A stretch of DNA of 64,000 nucleotides from Macrostomum lignano (lineage: Eukaryota), in the NCBI GenBank assembly GCA_002269645.1, contig NIVC01001694.1, positions 1 to 64,000 on the forward strand. Reading direction: 5' to 3'. The translations under genes were made by a program, and so were the position numbers. The notes beneath the pieces were generated by a model. It saw only the letters and a list, made by a program, of their open reading frames with translations, did no database searches and was not told the DNA's origin. Of the stretch, positions 36,873 to 50,678 are shown piece after piece; within the stretch, counting starts at the first letter, position 1; every line of letters begins with the position of its first letter.

Positions 36873-37684
36873 GCCGTTAATTGCACGAGCAGAGCCAAGC
36901 AGAGATTCCAATTCAGCCCCAATTTAATGCGACTGCACTTGGAATCGAGCCTGGGCCGCTGGCACATCAGAGCGCCGCGCCGGACCCACTGGGCTCAGTG
37001 GGCTACGCCCCCTCAGTATTGTTTTTACAAAAGCTATTTCACAAGGACTTGTAATACCTGAAGCATTGGGGCATTAATACAGTGCAAGAAATGACAACAA
37101 AGACCAACACAGTTGCAAACAACTCGGCCGGCAAGACACGAGCAGCAGAAAAAAAACGTTTCTTTAAGTTCTTCTGCATAAGCAATTGTTTAATTGTTAG
37201 TTTCTTTTAAAAAATAAATTACCGCAAATGAGCAATCGAAAACAGAACGCTGAATTATTATTTAACATGAACAGATCATGTAAATAAGCTGGTTGTTGAC
37301 AAAGGGCAGAGGAACATGCGAATGCAATAATTGTTGGAATTAAACCTGGGCCTGGATACTGCGCACTCAGTTATGTAAATATATATAAAAAGCTACTCAG
37401 AAGACATGAAAAAACAATAAATTATACAAATAAAAATTTATAAATAATTTTTTTTCGTTTCAACCAGCAAAAACTTGGCGGGAAAATCAGCTGCAGGGAA
37501 AATATGCAAATGTTAACTTGTAAGATAAATAAAATAGAAATAATTATTTTCAACATGCCAGTCTGTTGGATAAAAAACTGCTTTTGTTTGTGTCCCATGC
37601 ATGCCAAACCAAATAATAATTATGACGAAATTTTATTGATTAACAGGAAAACTGCAAGTTAGTCAGGTCAGACTGACAACACCT

Positions 37685-39255
37685 AGGCTGGCCCAGCAAC
37701 TGAGGACCTGGGAGGCTGGCCCAGCAACTGAGGACCCGGGAGGCTGGCACAGCAACTGAGGACCTGGGAGGCTGGCACAGCAACTGAGGATCTGGGAGGC
37801 TGGCCCAGCAACTGAGGACCTGGGAGGCTGGCACAGCAACTGAGGATCTGGGAGGCTGGCCCAGCAACTGAGGATCTGGGAGGCTGGCCCAGCAACTGAG
37901 GATCTGGGAGGCTGGAGCAGCAACTGACGATCTGGGAGGCTGGCCAAGCAACTGACACTCTGGGAGGCTGGCCCAGCAACTGAGGATCTGAAAGGCTGGC
38001 ACAGCAACTGAGGATCTGGGAGGCTGGCCCAGCAACTGAGGACCTGGGAGGCTGGCACAGCAACTGAGGATCTGGGAGGCTGGCCCAGCAACTGACGATC
38101 TGGGAGGCTGGCCCAGCAACTGAGGATCTGGGAGGCTGGAGCAGCAACTGACGATCTGGGAGGCTGGCCAAGCAACTGACACTCTGGGAGGCTGGCCCAG
38201 CAACTGAGGATCTGAAAGGCTGGCCCAGCAACTGAGGATCTGGGAAGCTGGAGCAGCAACTGACGATCTGGGAGGCTGGCCCAGCAACTGACACTCTGGG
38301 AGGCTGGCCCAGCAACTGAGGATCTGGGAGGCTGGCACAGCAACTGAGGATCTGAGAGGCTGGCACAGCAACTGAGGATCTGGGAGGCTGGCACAGCAAC
38401 TGACACTCTGAGAGGCTGGCCCAGCAACTGACGATCTGGGAGGCTGGCCCAGCAACTGACACTCTGGGAGGCTGGCCCAGCAACTGAAACTCTGGGAGGC
38501 TGGCCCAGCAACTGAGGATCTGGGAGGCTGGCACAGCAACTGACACTCTGGGAGGCTGGCCCAGCAACTGACACTCTGGGAGGCTGGCCCAGCAACTGAG
38601 GATCTGAAAGGCTGGCCCAGCAACTGGCACTCTGGGAGGCTGGCCCAGCAACTGAGGATCTGGGAGGCTGGCCCAGCAACTGAGGATCTGGGAGGCTGGC
38701 CCAGCAACTGAGGATCTGGGAGGCTGGCCCAGCAACTGAGGATCTGGGAGGCCGGTTGGCCCAGCAACTGAGGATCTGGGAGGCCGGTTGGCCCAGCAAC
38801 TGAGGATCTGGGAGGCCGGTTGGCCCAGCAACTGAGGATCTGGGAGGCCGGTTGGCCCAGCAACTGAGGATCTGGGAGGCCGGTTGGCCCAGCAACTGAG
38901 GATCTGGGAGGCCGGTTGGCCCAGCAACTGAGGATCTGGGAGGCCGGTTGGCCCAGCAACTGAGGATCTGGGAGGCCGGTTGGCCCAGCAACTGAGGATC
39001 TGGGAGGCCGGTTGGCCCAGCAACTGAGGATCTGGGAGGCCGGTTGGCCCAGCAACTGAGGATCTGGGAGGCCGGTTGGCCCAGCAACTGAGGATCTGGG
39101 AGGCCGGTTGGCCCAGCAACTGAGGATCTGGGAGGCCGGTTGGCCCAGCAACTGAGGATCTGGGAGGTTGGCCCAGCAACTGAGGATCTGGGAGGCCGGT
39201 TGGCCCAGCAACTGAGGATCTGGGAGGCTGGCCCAGCAACTGAGGATCTGGGAGG
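37685..39255. repeat. 28/32-bp minisatellite (GGCTGGCCCAGCAACTGAGGATCTGGGA)
   Basis: About 53 units: variable 28-mers on the left, a homogeneous 32-mer block on the right. Confidence 0.97.
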
Positions 39256-39716
39256 GCAGCAGCCAGTACTTGACATTACCTGCAGTGCTGATTGTGCCTA
39301 AAAAACAAAGCATCAAAAATCGGTCAAAAAATTCAGCTGCAATGAACGGGACTGCAAGGAAACTACAGTAAAACGAATGTACTCACAGGAAAATGAGCCA
39401 TTTGTTAACATTGCTGGTAAAAATGTTTATAATAGCTAGTAAACAGGTGAGTCTACTCGAGCAAATGAAGAAACAAGCTAAAAATAGAAACAATATTGCA
39501 TACAGACTACGGATATATATTATTGAAGCGCAATGACAAACATTTATTAGTAGTTGAACTAAATTTACATCTAACTACACTAAATACCAATAAAAATAAT
39601 GTTGTACATAGGGATGTATAAATAGAAAAATCATTCCTTTTACAAGTCCGAGTTGTTAAATTTCAATGAAGAGAGCATCATTTCTAATTAGCATATTATA
39701 ATTAGCTGGTCAAATT

Positions 39717-42700
39717 TCAATGCCCAGCTCCGTTGCCAGCCGAGCCGATGCCACCGCTGCCGCTCTCGCCCAGCAGCACCCTAGAGTCGTCCATGAGGCT
39801 CGGCTGAGGCCTTTGCGCCACCAAATTCTTGGGCAGCTTATCGTAGTAGAGCTGGTAGAGGTCCCTGTCAGCTGGGCAGCTGCAGCGGAAGGCCTCGCAG
39901 TCGTACATGGCCGAGTAATAGGCCTGCAGGTTGTTCAGGTCCGCCGGCACGTCAAAGTCGCGATAGAACTGCCGGGGAAATCGGGGTGTTTATTGACGAC
40001 TTTTCAATGTGTTTATTAACTAGATGGTCTTGCGGGTGTTTATTGGCGATACTCGGGGTGTTTATTGGCTATACTTAAGGGTGCTTATTGGCGATATTTG
40101 AGAGTGTTTATTGGCGATACTTGAGGGTGTTTATTGGCAATACTTAAGAGTGTTTATTGGCGATACTTGAGGGTGTTTATTGGCGATACCTGAGGGTGTT
40201 TATTGGCAATACTTAAGAGTGTTTATTGGCGATACTTGAGGGTGTTTATTGGCGATATCTGAGGGTGTTTATTGGCGATACCTGAGGGTGTTTATTAGCG
40301 ATACCTGAGGGTGTTTATTGGCAATACCTGGGGTGTTTATTAGCGATACTTGAGGGTGTTTATTGCCGATACTCAAGAGAGTTTATTGCCCATACCTAAG
40401 GGTGTTTATTGTCTATTGCCCATGCCTAAGGGTGTTTATTGTCTATTGCCCATACCTAAGGGTGTTTATTGTCTATTGCCCATAATTAAGGGTGTTTATT
40501 GTTTATTGCCCAATATCTAAGGGTGTTTATTGTCTGTTGCCCATACCTAAGGATGTTTATCGCCGATACTTAAGCCTTTTTTGTCCATACCTAAGGGTGT
40601 TTATCATTGTTACTTAAGTGAGTATAGTGCCTATACCTAAGGGTGTTTATTGCCGATATTTAGTGTGCATTTAGGCATATTCATGGGTGTTTATAGACGA
40701 TTCACAGAGCACTTCGGGTAGAGTTTATTGGTTGCCTTACAGTGACTTGAAGTCCAGCAAATTGGGAATATTCAGAGTCGTTAGAGACCAAAGTTACCTT
40801 GCCAGCCATCTTGACGTGATGCAGTTTAGGCATGAGCTGGCAGTCAGCATAGGTGAGCTCATCAGACAGCAGGTAGCGGCAGCCGCGGGAGCCCAGGAAC
40901 GAGTCAATTCTACGCAACACGTGCAACAGCGGAGTCGAGTTCTCAGTCTTGAGCATCAGGTTGAGATTCTTGTACAGATCATAGAAAGCTTTCTCCGCTT
41001 CGCCTTCGTCAGCTGATTCTTTGGGCAGAGCCAGACAGGGACATTTCCAGATGTCCATGAGCTGCTCGATTTCGTCGTTGGTGTCGAAGACGGTGTTGGA
41101 CAGGTCGCTGCCGCGCGGGTCGGCGCCTTTGATCACCCGGGCAACAGGGAGGTGACGGCCAACCTCCAGAGCTTGATAGGCCTCAGGCGGCATGTCCGGG
41201 TTCACAGTGGTGACAAACAGATTGAGGTATTTCTTCTCGGCTAAGATGTAGAACACCATGAACCATTGCTGGCTGATTGGGCAAGGGCCTTTGTCCTCCT
41301 TGCAGATATGGGAAGCCTATGGTAGAGGTAAAGACAGGTAATTATCCTAGTGTAGGTTAAGTTAATACACATTCATATTGGAGCAAATTAGTATTTTCTA
41401 CTACAGACAATATTTGGTGCTCTTTAGAATTGCTTGCATATGTTATATATGTATGGCATATGTTATATATGCACACAAAGTATCAATACAAGTATATAAT
41501 TTTTTGCTAAAGTTCTATTTCTAATGTCACTATATTGTCCTTTAGCTCATGCTGCTTGTACTTAATATTCTAGCTTTGCTCAATCTAGAATAGTTTTTTT
41601 GCAAAACTAAAGGACTTCTTTATAGGTATTGAATATACCAAAATATGCCATACACATTAAATGTGTATACCAAAAGCCCAAAATCACTTTTTGTATACCA
41701 ATGGCAACGTGTATACTAAACTTCTTGAATGCACCCAAGAAGTTTCTGGCATTTATGCCTTTTACCTGACTATGACTTTGCCAAAAAGTCATGTATCCTA
41801 TTAAAAATATTCAGATAGCAAAGTTAAAGCTTTTATTGAAGAAATTGCAGTTAACCTAATGATGGTTCTAAAAAATCATTCAAACTATCAAAAGTCTAAA
41901 ATATACTAACTAAGTAATGTTACTTAGTAACATTGTTACTCAGAGCAATGTTACTCTTGCTCTGATGATCTAAATAACATCATTTTGGACAAATAGTACC
42001 AACTCTTTTTTTCATACTAAATTTAATATCTTTAAAATCAGACAATGGAAACAAAAGTTAAGAACTCAAATATAGCAAGAATTCAACCATATACTTATAG
42101 TAAGTTAATTAACAAGCAAGCAAAAAATTGAAGTAAAAGCTGACAAATGGGTAACTGGCTGCAGTAAATATATAGAATGACTGTGGTAAAGATTGATCTA
42201 GACCAATGAGACAATGAAAGTTGCATATGAATTTTGATTACAGTGTGTTTTATCCTCCAAAGGGTGAAAATCTCACTTGCTTGGGCAATATTTGAATGCA
42301 CATCTATGATTTTTGGCATTACAAAAAGAAGGAGCAAAAATCAATGAAGCTAAAGCACAGTGGTGGCAAATATTCTATTGCTTTAAAAGTTTATATGTTT
42401 TTTTTAACTTTTTCTATAGATGTCTCTTTGTCAAAGTAGCCTAACAAAGAAGTCTGAATGCATTTAATCAAATGTACTTTTGCTACTTTTTGCTAGCTTG
42501 TTGACTTACTATAAGTCTATGGTTGAGCTCATGCATGCCCAACCTAAAAATTTCACCCATCCAGTCCAACTTAGTTTTGTTTAGATTTGCGACTTAGTTT
42601 CTCCTAATAGCAAAGTTCCTCTTGATTTTGACTTAATTTTCACTTTGTATATGGCTTTTCTTGCCTTTTTTTCTCTTTCTCTTTCCCTTTTTCCTTCTTC

Positions 42701-44069
42701 CTCTTTTCCCTCTTTTCTTTTTTCTTTCTTCTACCGATTTTTCATTTTTTGTATTTTTGATTTTGCAACTTACCTTGGCTGGTGGCTATAGCACCCATCT
42801 GGTTCTGATAGGTTGGATGGGTATTGGGCAAGTTAGGTTAAGCTCCTACTATATTTGCATTTATAACTTTTGTTTCCATAGTCTAATTTTAGAGTTTAAA
42901 GTTAATATAAAGAGAATTTCCACTTTTAATTTGTGTAAAATGAGGTTATTTGGATTATTAGAACCTATAGTCATGAAGGTGGCCTTTTTCATAGAAAATT
43001 CTGGTACAAAAAGAGGTTGGATATGCGCTGCGCTGATACATTCTAGCCCAACAATAGGCAAGGAAGAAAAATTTAGCACAGTATAACATAAGACAAAAAA
43101 TGGCATAATTTAATGCAAAACAGACTTCCAACTCGAGACAATATCTTTCTAAGACAAAATTAGCATGTTATTTTTTAGTACTTTTTTGCTAGTGTATTAA
43201 TAGATTTTTTAATTAATAGAATTAATATTGCATTTTCTATGAAACAAATTTAAATACAAGCTTTATTGATATTTTTCAAATAGAAAATTACTGATTTTTG
43301 TATTTTTCAAAAAGTTGCAATATATGGTATAATGCAAGTGAACTTTTTTTTAGGAATAGGCCTAGTTTTGGGACATTGCACAAGCAATTTTTTTGATAAG
43401 ATTTATTTTAATGCATAAGGCAATCAATTTTTTATAGGATTTGTTATGGCATAGGCATGCCATGATCTTGACTATGGATTAGAACAAAAGATATAATGAA
43501 AAGTAACACTATTTTTATGATAGCCTTTGCATTTATAGCTTAATTAAATTTTGTATCTAGGACTAGAACTGAGATGTTTTGCTAGATAGATATATACCTA
43601 TAGTCTAAAAATTTAAGTTTATTTATTACAATCAATTTTTATTTTTAAAAATAAATAAGAAGCAGTAATAGAAAAACAGTTATTAATTGAAAAGTCAAAG
43701 GCCTAACTAATCATGTCAATCATATACTTACCAACAAACATTTTTTGTGAATTAAAATGAATTGAAAAGTCATAATCTTAGACATAAAAATAAAAGGCTA
43801 AAATTCTAATAAAATTGTTGATTTCAAACCAAATAAAAAAATAAAAATATAGACATATAGAGAAAAATATAGACAAAAAAGTATATTTTTTAAATTATAG
43901 CCTATCTCATCTAGGCCTAATGTCTTGATAATGTCAATAAATATAGATGAAAAGAAATATAGGAGAGTTTTTGCAGTTGGCTTCAAAATTGTAGGTTTAC
44001 CTTGATAAATAGCTCAACAACAGGCTTTCCATCCTCAACATCACCCTCGAATCCATTCATGTCTGACAT
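39717..44069 (-). CDS. chloride intracellular channel (CLIC / EXC-4-like GST-fold) protein, 279 aa
   Basis: Exons 44069-44001, 41316-40798 and 39968-39717, all phase 0, with no lesions. Motifs: VELFIK|AS, CPISQQWFM, VTTVN, TYADCQLMPKLHH, CPADRD. Confidence 0.93.
39985..40660. repeat. 23-bp minisatellite (GAGGGTGTTTATTGGCGATACTT) in CLIC intron 2
   Basis: Tandem units grading into a longer variant after ~40400. Confidence 0.93.
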
Positions 44070-45197
44070 TCTTCAAATCAGGCTGTCTGACGACTGACTG
44101 ATATAAAGATTCCAATTCTAAATATAAAAATCCCAACGAAAAAAATGAACTCAGTCAAACTGTGGTCACGGCAAACACCGTGTCACCTAACAGTATAAAG
44201 ACAAAGTAAATAAAATTATTTTCACACTTCAGACTTCACTTCTAATCGCTGTTTCAATGACACGATTGAAAGACAGGCCTTCGAATTGCTAAAAATTTGT
44301 TTACTAAAACACCGATCAAAGAAAAGGAACGAACCGATACGGTGTCTTGTAAGTTTGAGCTAAAGCACAGAAAATTTCACTTTAATTTACATGAACACCA
44401 CGCTTGACTTGACTACGTTAAAAAAAAAACTTCGAACCGACCAAAATCATTTAGAATTCAATTTTTGTTTATGAACGGAGGTAAAACGAAGTACTTAAAA
44501 ATTTGAACACATAGTCCGTTTCTAGCTGATTAATCAAAAGTTTTAGACCTAAAAACTTAGAAAAGGTCTTTCTGCCTATTTTTATATTTTTATCAGTCTA
44601 TTTAATTTTCGTAAAAATACAATTTAAATTACATTAAACAGTATTTTTTATTAAATTCAGGATTTCACTACTTATACTCACTACTGAATGATGCTCTTAG
44701 GCCTATTTCTGGAAGAAGTAATGAGTAATTCCATAAAATTACTATAGATCAAGAGCGGGAAACCCTCTGTTTATTAGAAAAAATCGAAACTGATTTTGCT
44801 TGAAAAATACACTAGGGATTTTCTCACTTTTCTTCACCAGTTATATACAGCCATAGTTTTGAGCGATGCGAAAGCTGTTCTTTTAGTATAGCAGCTGTCT
44901 TTTTGCTTTATACCCGTACATGTACAATGTACATGTATATCCCTGCTTTCTTCTCAGCCTAATTCGCGGGGTCTTCTTTGCAGAAAGAAGTTCGAAATTT
45001 CTCATCAGTAATTCGTATACTTATACCGCTATTTTATATTTTATTTAGCTTTACCACAAATTATAAATTACTCACCCTCAACAGCCTAGCTCTTTCCCTT
45101 CAGCAACAGCATTCGCCATAATTTAGAGATGCCAATTTAGCTCTGCACTAGCTAGTAGCTCAATGCAGAACTGGATTTGCTGCACGCTATGCAGTTG

Positions 45198-45870
<673 letters not shown>

Positions 45871-48708
45871 TTAGTTTTTTAGGTAGTTTTTTTGTTTCTG
45901 TTAGGTAGTTTGTTTGTTTAGTTTGAGTCAGTTTAAAAAGGCCAGCAAAACTCACCTGTTCACAAAAAGGTGGGCCATTGCATGAGAAAGAAAAGCACAA
46001 TGATCAGCTAGAAGACGGTATTGCAGCCGATGCAGAGAGCGGGCTCCCCGTCAGAGTCACTGCGTTGATCGTTTGCAAAGATTCGCTACTTCGTCATTGT
46101 CGAGGACACTACTGAGCTGTTAGAGAGATTGGACCGGAGATGTTAAATGCAATTCGATCAATTGATGGGTTTCGGCCTTTCGGCCCCTTGTGGGGAAGCC
46201 TTCGGGCCTCAGGTCTCAGAAATAAATCAATTAGAGTCCTGGCCCCCCACTCCTGTCAGATGGTCAGCCCCATGGTAGCTTGATCGTGTGGCGAGCAGTC
46301 TGGGTCATATAGCTAAGAGAGGGACAGCGAGAGATAAGCAGGGAGAATTTTAAAGGTAGAGATCAGCTAATCCGCAGATTAACCAACTCGCTGCCACCAG
46401 CCCGTGCGCCCTGGCTCACCAAACCGGGACTCTCGAAATCGGGCTTCCGACTAGAAGGGGCTTTGCACTTACCTGCCAACTAGTGTTTTTTGCTGTCAAT
46501 CTCGAAGTCATAGCCGATGATAAGGGACACTGCTGGGACTAGATCGCATTGGCCATGCAGGTACAGAGGGGACTTGTGCAGGGGATTCCTGCAGTGGCGA
46601 GACTATGGGGTAGCTACGAGCTTACATGTACTATTACATTGCTAAATACGAGGAATTGTACTTTTGGCCTTCAACGCGCCAACTAGCCTCTCGTAGCGCT
46701 GATGATAGGCTAACTCGAACTTCGGAGACCGCATGATTCATTACCCGAGCCGCTTGGCCACCCTAGAGTGCACAGAGTACATCTCTGGCGCCGATTCTGC
46801 ACTTCTGGCAGTTTTGCTCACTGATTTGATAGATTGATCGACTGAGAACTGCCTTGCCATTGGTCCACTGTGACCGGCGCCTACTAGCTTAGCTACTCAT
46901 CTGAGCCATCGGCGAACAAAGAAATAAAACCGATAAAAATAACTGTCAGATTTAACCTTCTCACTGATTCACTTCACACCTCAGATTGAATTGGAGTTTC
47001 AGACTACTAATATTACTATTAAGTGATTTCTGCCTCGATAACAGCACTGTTGAATAAAATGAGCAAAATTGTGCGCCTAATCCAGCTACTGAAATAGGGG
47101 ACAGATAGGGGATCACCCAATCAAGCAAGTCTAGGCAGCCTCTCACCCAACCAATCAGAAACTCAACAGCCGGAGACCAGGAAATCCGCAGTGACCGAAT
47201 CGGCTTAGTGCTTCGCAGCTGTAGGCCCGGGATGATGCTGATGTCACAATCTTCGCAGATAGCTAGCGGGTGATGCTCTTAACTTTGACGTTCGCTGCTG
47301 ATGACCGGGGGATTCGTCCCTGATGGTGATGGGGGGGGGAGTCGCGATCCGGGGATCAAGAGACGACGGTCGGGCTCCGTTAGGCCAAAGTCCTAGGAGG
47401 TGGAGCCGAGTTCCAGCCCGTTGAGGTCCGAGCGGGCCAAAAACGCCGGTTTAAATAGCCGCCAACTGGACCGTTATAATGGAAACACCTCGATTCTGAT
47501 TGGCTGAGCCGATTTGTTATAACGCACGTCGTATTTTCTGGATGGCTAAGCTTGTTGCCACCCAAACTCACGTGACCAAGAGATCCTATCAGTTCCCCCG
47601 GGGCCATAAAAATACCACAGGTGCGGTCATAAATCACTCAAAATCGCTACATAATGATTTATAACCTTTCGCGTAGGAATGACAAAAATTAATGAAAAAA
47701 TATACATTAGAAAGCTCTTATTAAGGAGAAAGTGAAGATAATTAAGAGAAATCGCTAATCGCTAATCCCAACGTACTTTTAGGGGTAAAACGCATAGCCA
47801 TCAAAGCTGTCACACGCTTGAGTCAACCCGAACAATAGGCCCTGACCTCATAAATCTTGATGGCCTGTCAAAATGATGAGAAAAAAGCTACCGCCCGCAT
47901 CCTCTCAGACCATCTGGCGCCAGCCTCAGCACTGATTGAGGCGCAGGTGGCTGTCAGACCAGCTTCAAAAGCGATGATTTATGACCCAAAAGCCGCGCCT
48001 ATGTTATTATAACTACTAGTATGGCAAAATCATATAATTAGTATGGATTCTAGGAAAATTGCATAAAGAGAAGAAAAAATGCCCATAGCCTGTTGCTAGT
48101 AGCTTAGCAAGTTTAGAGCCCATGTGCTAGCGTAGAATTTGGGAAAAAGTGCGTCCTCATCACAATGTCATCCAAAAGCGATTGGCTCAGGACTCGAGTC
48201 ACCACATTGCAGGCAGCTCGACCAAAGATTCATCGCATGGATCTAAAAGATGCGCACATATAGATGTCGCTAAGTTTTGCAGTAATGCAATATTAACAAT
48301 ATTGCAATATGGTCAATACCTTCTGGGTAGTCCAATGTAAAGTTGTCGAATTATCTATGCAATTGTTTAAACGATAAAACTTCGCACTACTACTGCACTG
48401 CCGTGGTTAGTAGTATAATAGAGTCAAGCACTTAAAATTATTATTATTAAAAACTCCACACACCCACACTAGATAGAGGTTAGAGGGGTGAACTAGGGTC
48501 AAGCCTGCTGCATGGGACCTCCATTGTGCATAAATGATGGGCTAGATCGGGGCTAAAGCTTGTGAGGTGAGCATCTCACAGTGGCCATCTCTTCACTTTG
48601 CTAAATTTAGCCACTTAATTGAGGGCTCTGTTGATGTTTTTTGTTTTCGGTGTTTTTGCTCAATGCACTTGCCAAAAATTTCTAGTAGACATGGGGCTAG
48701 TAGATATG

Positions 48709-50678
48709 GGGGGGTCACCAGCTACAGAGGGCGGGTCACCAGCTACAGAGAGGGCGACAGCTACAGAGGGCGACAGCTACAGAGGGGGGTCACCAGCTAC
48801 AGAGAGAGGCGACAGCTACAGAGGGGGGTCACCAGCTACAGAGAGAGGCGACAGCTACAGAGGGGGGTCACCAGCTACAGAGGGGGGGTCACCAGCTACA
48901 GAGAGGGGGTCACCAGCTACAGAGGGGGGGTCACCAGCTACAGAGAGGGGGTCACCAGCTATAGAGGGGGGAGGCGACAGCTACAGAGGGCGACAGCTAC
49001 AGTGGGGCGACAGCTACAGTGGGGCGACAGCTACAGAGAGGGGGTCACCAGCTACAGAGGGGGGTAACCAGCTACAGAGGGGGGTCACCAGCTACAGAGA
49101 GGGGGTCACCAGCTACAGAGGGGGGTCACCAGCTACAGAGAGGGGGTCACCAGCTACAGAGGGGGGGTCACCATCTACAGAGGGGGGTCACCAGCTACAG
49201 AGAGGGGGTCACCAGCTACAGAGAGGGCGACAGCTACAGAGGGCGACAGCTACAGAGGGGGGTCACCAGCTACAGAGAGAGGCGACAGCTACAGAGGGGG
49301 GTCACCAGCTACAGAGAGAGGCGACAGCTACAGAGGGGGGTCACCAGCTACAGAGGGGGGTCACCAGCTACAGAGAGGGGGTCACCAGCTACAGAGGGGG
49401 GGTCACCAGCTACAGAGAGGGGTCACCAGCTATAGAGGGGGGAGGCGACAGCTACAGAGGGCGACAGCTACAGTGGGGCGACAGCTACAGTGGGGCGACA
49501 GCTACAGAGAGGGGGTCACCAGCTACAGAGGGGGGTAACCAGCTACAGAGGGGGGTCACCAGCTACAGAGAGGGGGTCACCAGCTACAGAGGGGGGTCAC
49601 CAGCTACAGAGAGGGGGTCACCAGCTACAGAGGGGGGGTCACCATCTACAGAGGGGGGTCACCAGCTACAGAGAGGGGGTCACCAGCTACAGTGGGGCGA
49701 CAGCTACAGAGGGCGACAGCTACAGAGGGGGGGTCACCAGCTACAGAGAGAGGCGACAGCTACAGATGGGGGTCACCAGCTACAGAGAGGGCGACAGCTA
49801 CAGAGGGGGGTCACCAGCTACAGAGAGGCGACAGCTACAGAGGGGGGTCACCAGCTACAGAGAGGGCGACAGCTACAGAGGGGGGTCACCAGCTACAGAG
49901 GGCGGGTCACCAGCTACAGAGAGAGGCGACAGCTACAGAGGGGGGTCACCAGCTACAGAGAGAGGCGACAGCTACAGAGGGGGGTCACCAGCTACAGAGG
50001 GGGGTCACCAGCTACAGAGAGGGGTCACCAGCTACAGAGGGGGGTCACCAGCTACAGAGAGGGGGTCACCAGCTATAGAGGGGGGAGGCGACAGCTACAG
50101 AGGGCGACAGCTACAGTGGGGCGACAGCTACAGTGGGGCGACAGCTACAGAGAGGGGTCACCAGCTACAGAGGGGGTAACCAGCTACAGAGGGGGGTCAC
50201 CAGCTACAGAGAGGGGGTCACCAGCTACAGAGGGGGGTCACCAGCTACAGAGGGGGGTCACCAGCTACAGAGAGGAGGTCACCAGCTACAGAGAGGGGGT
50301 CACCAGCTACAGAGAGGGGGTCACCAGCTACAGTGGGGCGACAGCTACAGAGGGCGACAGCTACAGAGGGGGGGTCACCAGCTACAGAGAGAGGCGACAG
50401 CTACAGATGGGGGTCACCAGCTACAGAGAGGGCGACAGCTACAGAGGGGGGTCACCAGCTACAGAGAGGCGACAGCTACAGAGGGGGGTCACCAGCTACA
50501 GAGAGGGCGACAGCTACAGAGGGGGGTCACCAGCTACAGAGGGGGCGACAGCTACAGAGGGGGGTCACCAGCTACAGAGAGAGGCGACAGCTACAGAGGG
50601 GGGTCACCAGCTACAGAGAGAGGCGACAGCTACAGAGGGGGGTCACCAGCTACAGAGAGAGGCGACAGCTACAGAGGG
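48709..50678. repeat. G-rich two-monomer minisatellite (CAGCTACAGAGGGGGGTCAC / CAGCTACAGAGAGAGGCGA)
   Basis: About 2 kb of 16-21-bp units; source of the 696-aa ORF. Confidence 0.97.

Noticed and set aside
37640-39316. Long ORFs and a CRISPR-like 28-32-bp repeat
   Set aside because: Units are directly tandem with no unique spacers, no cas genes are present, and the context is eukaryotic.
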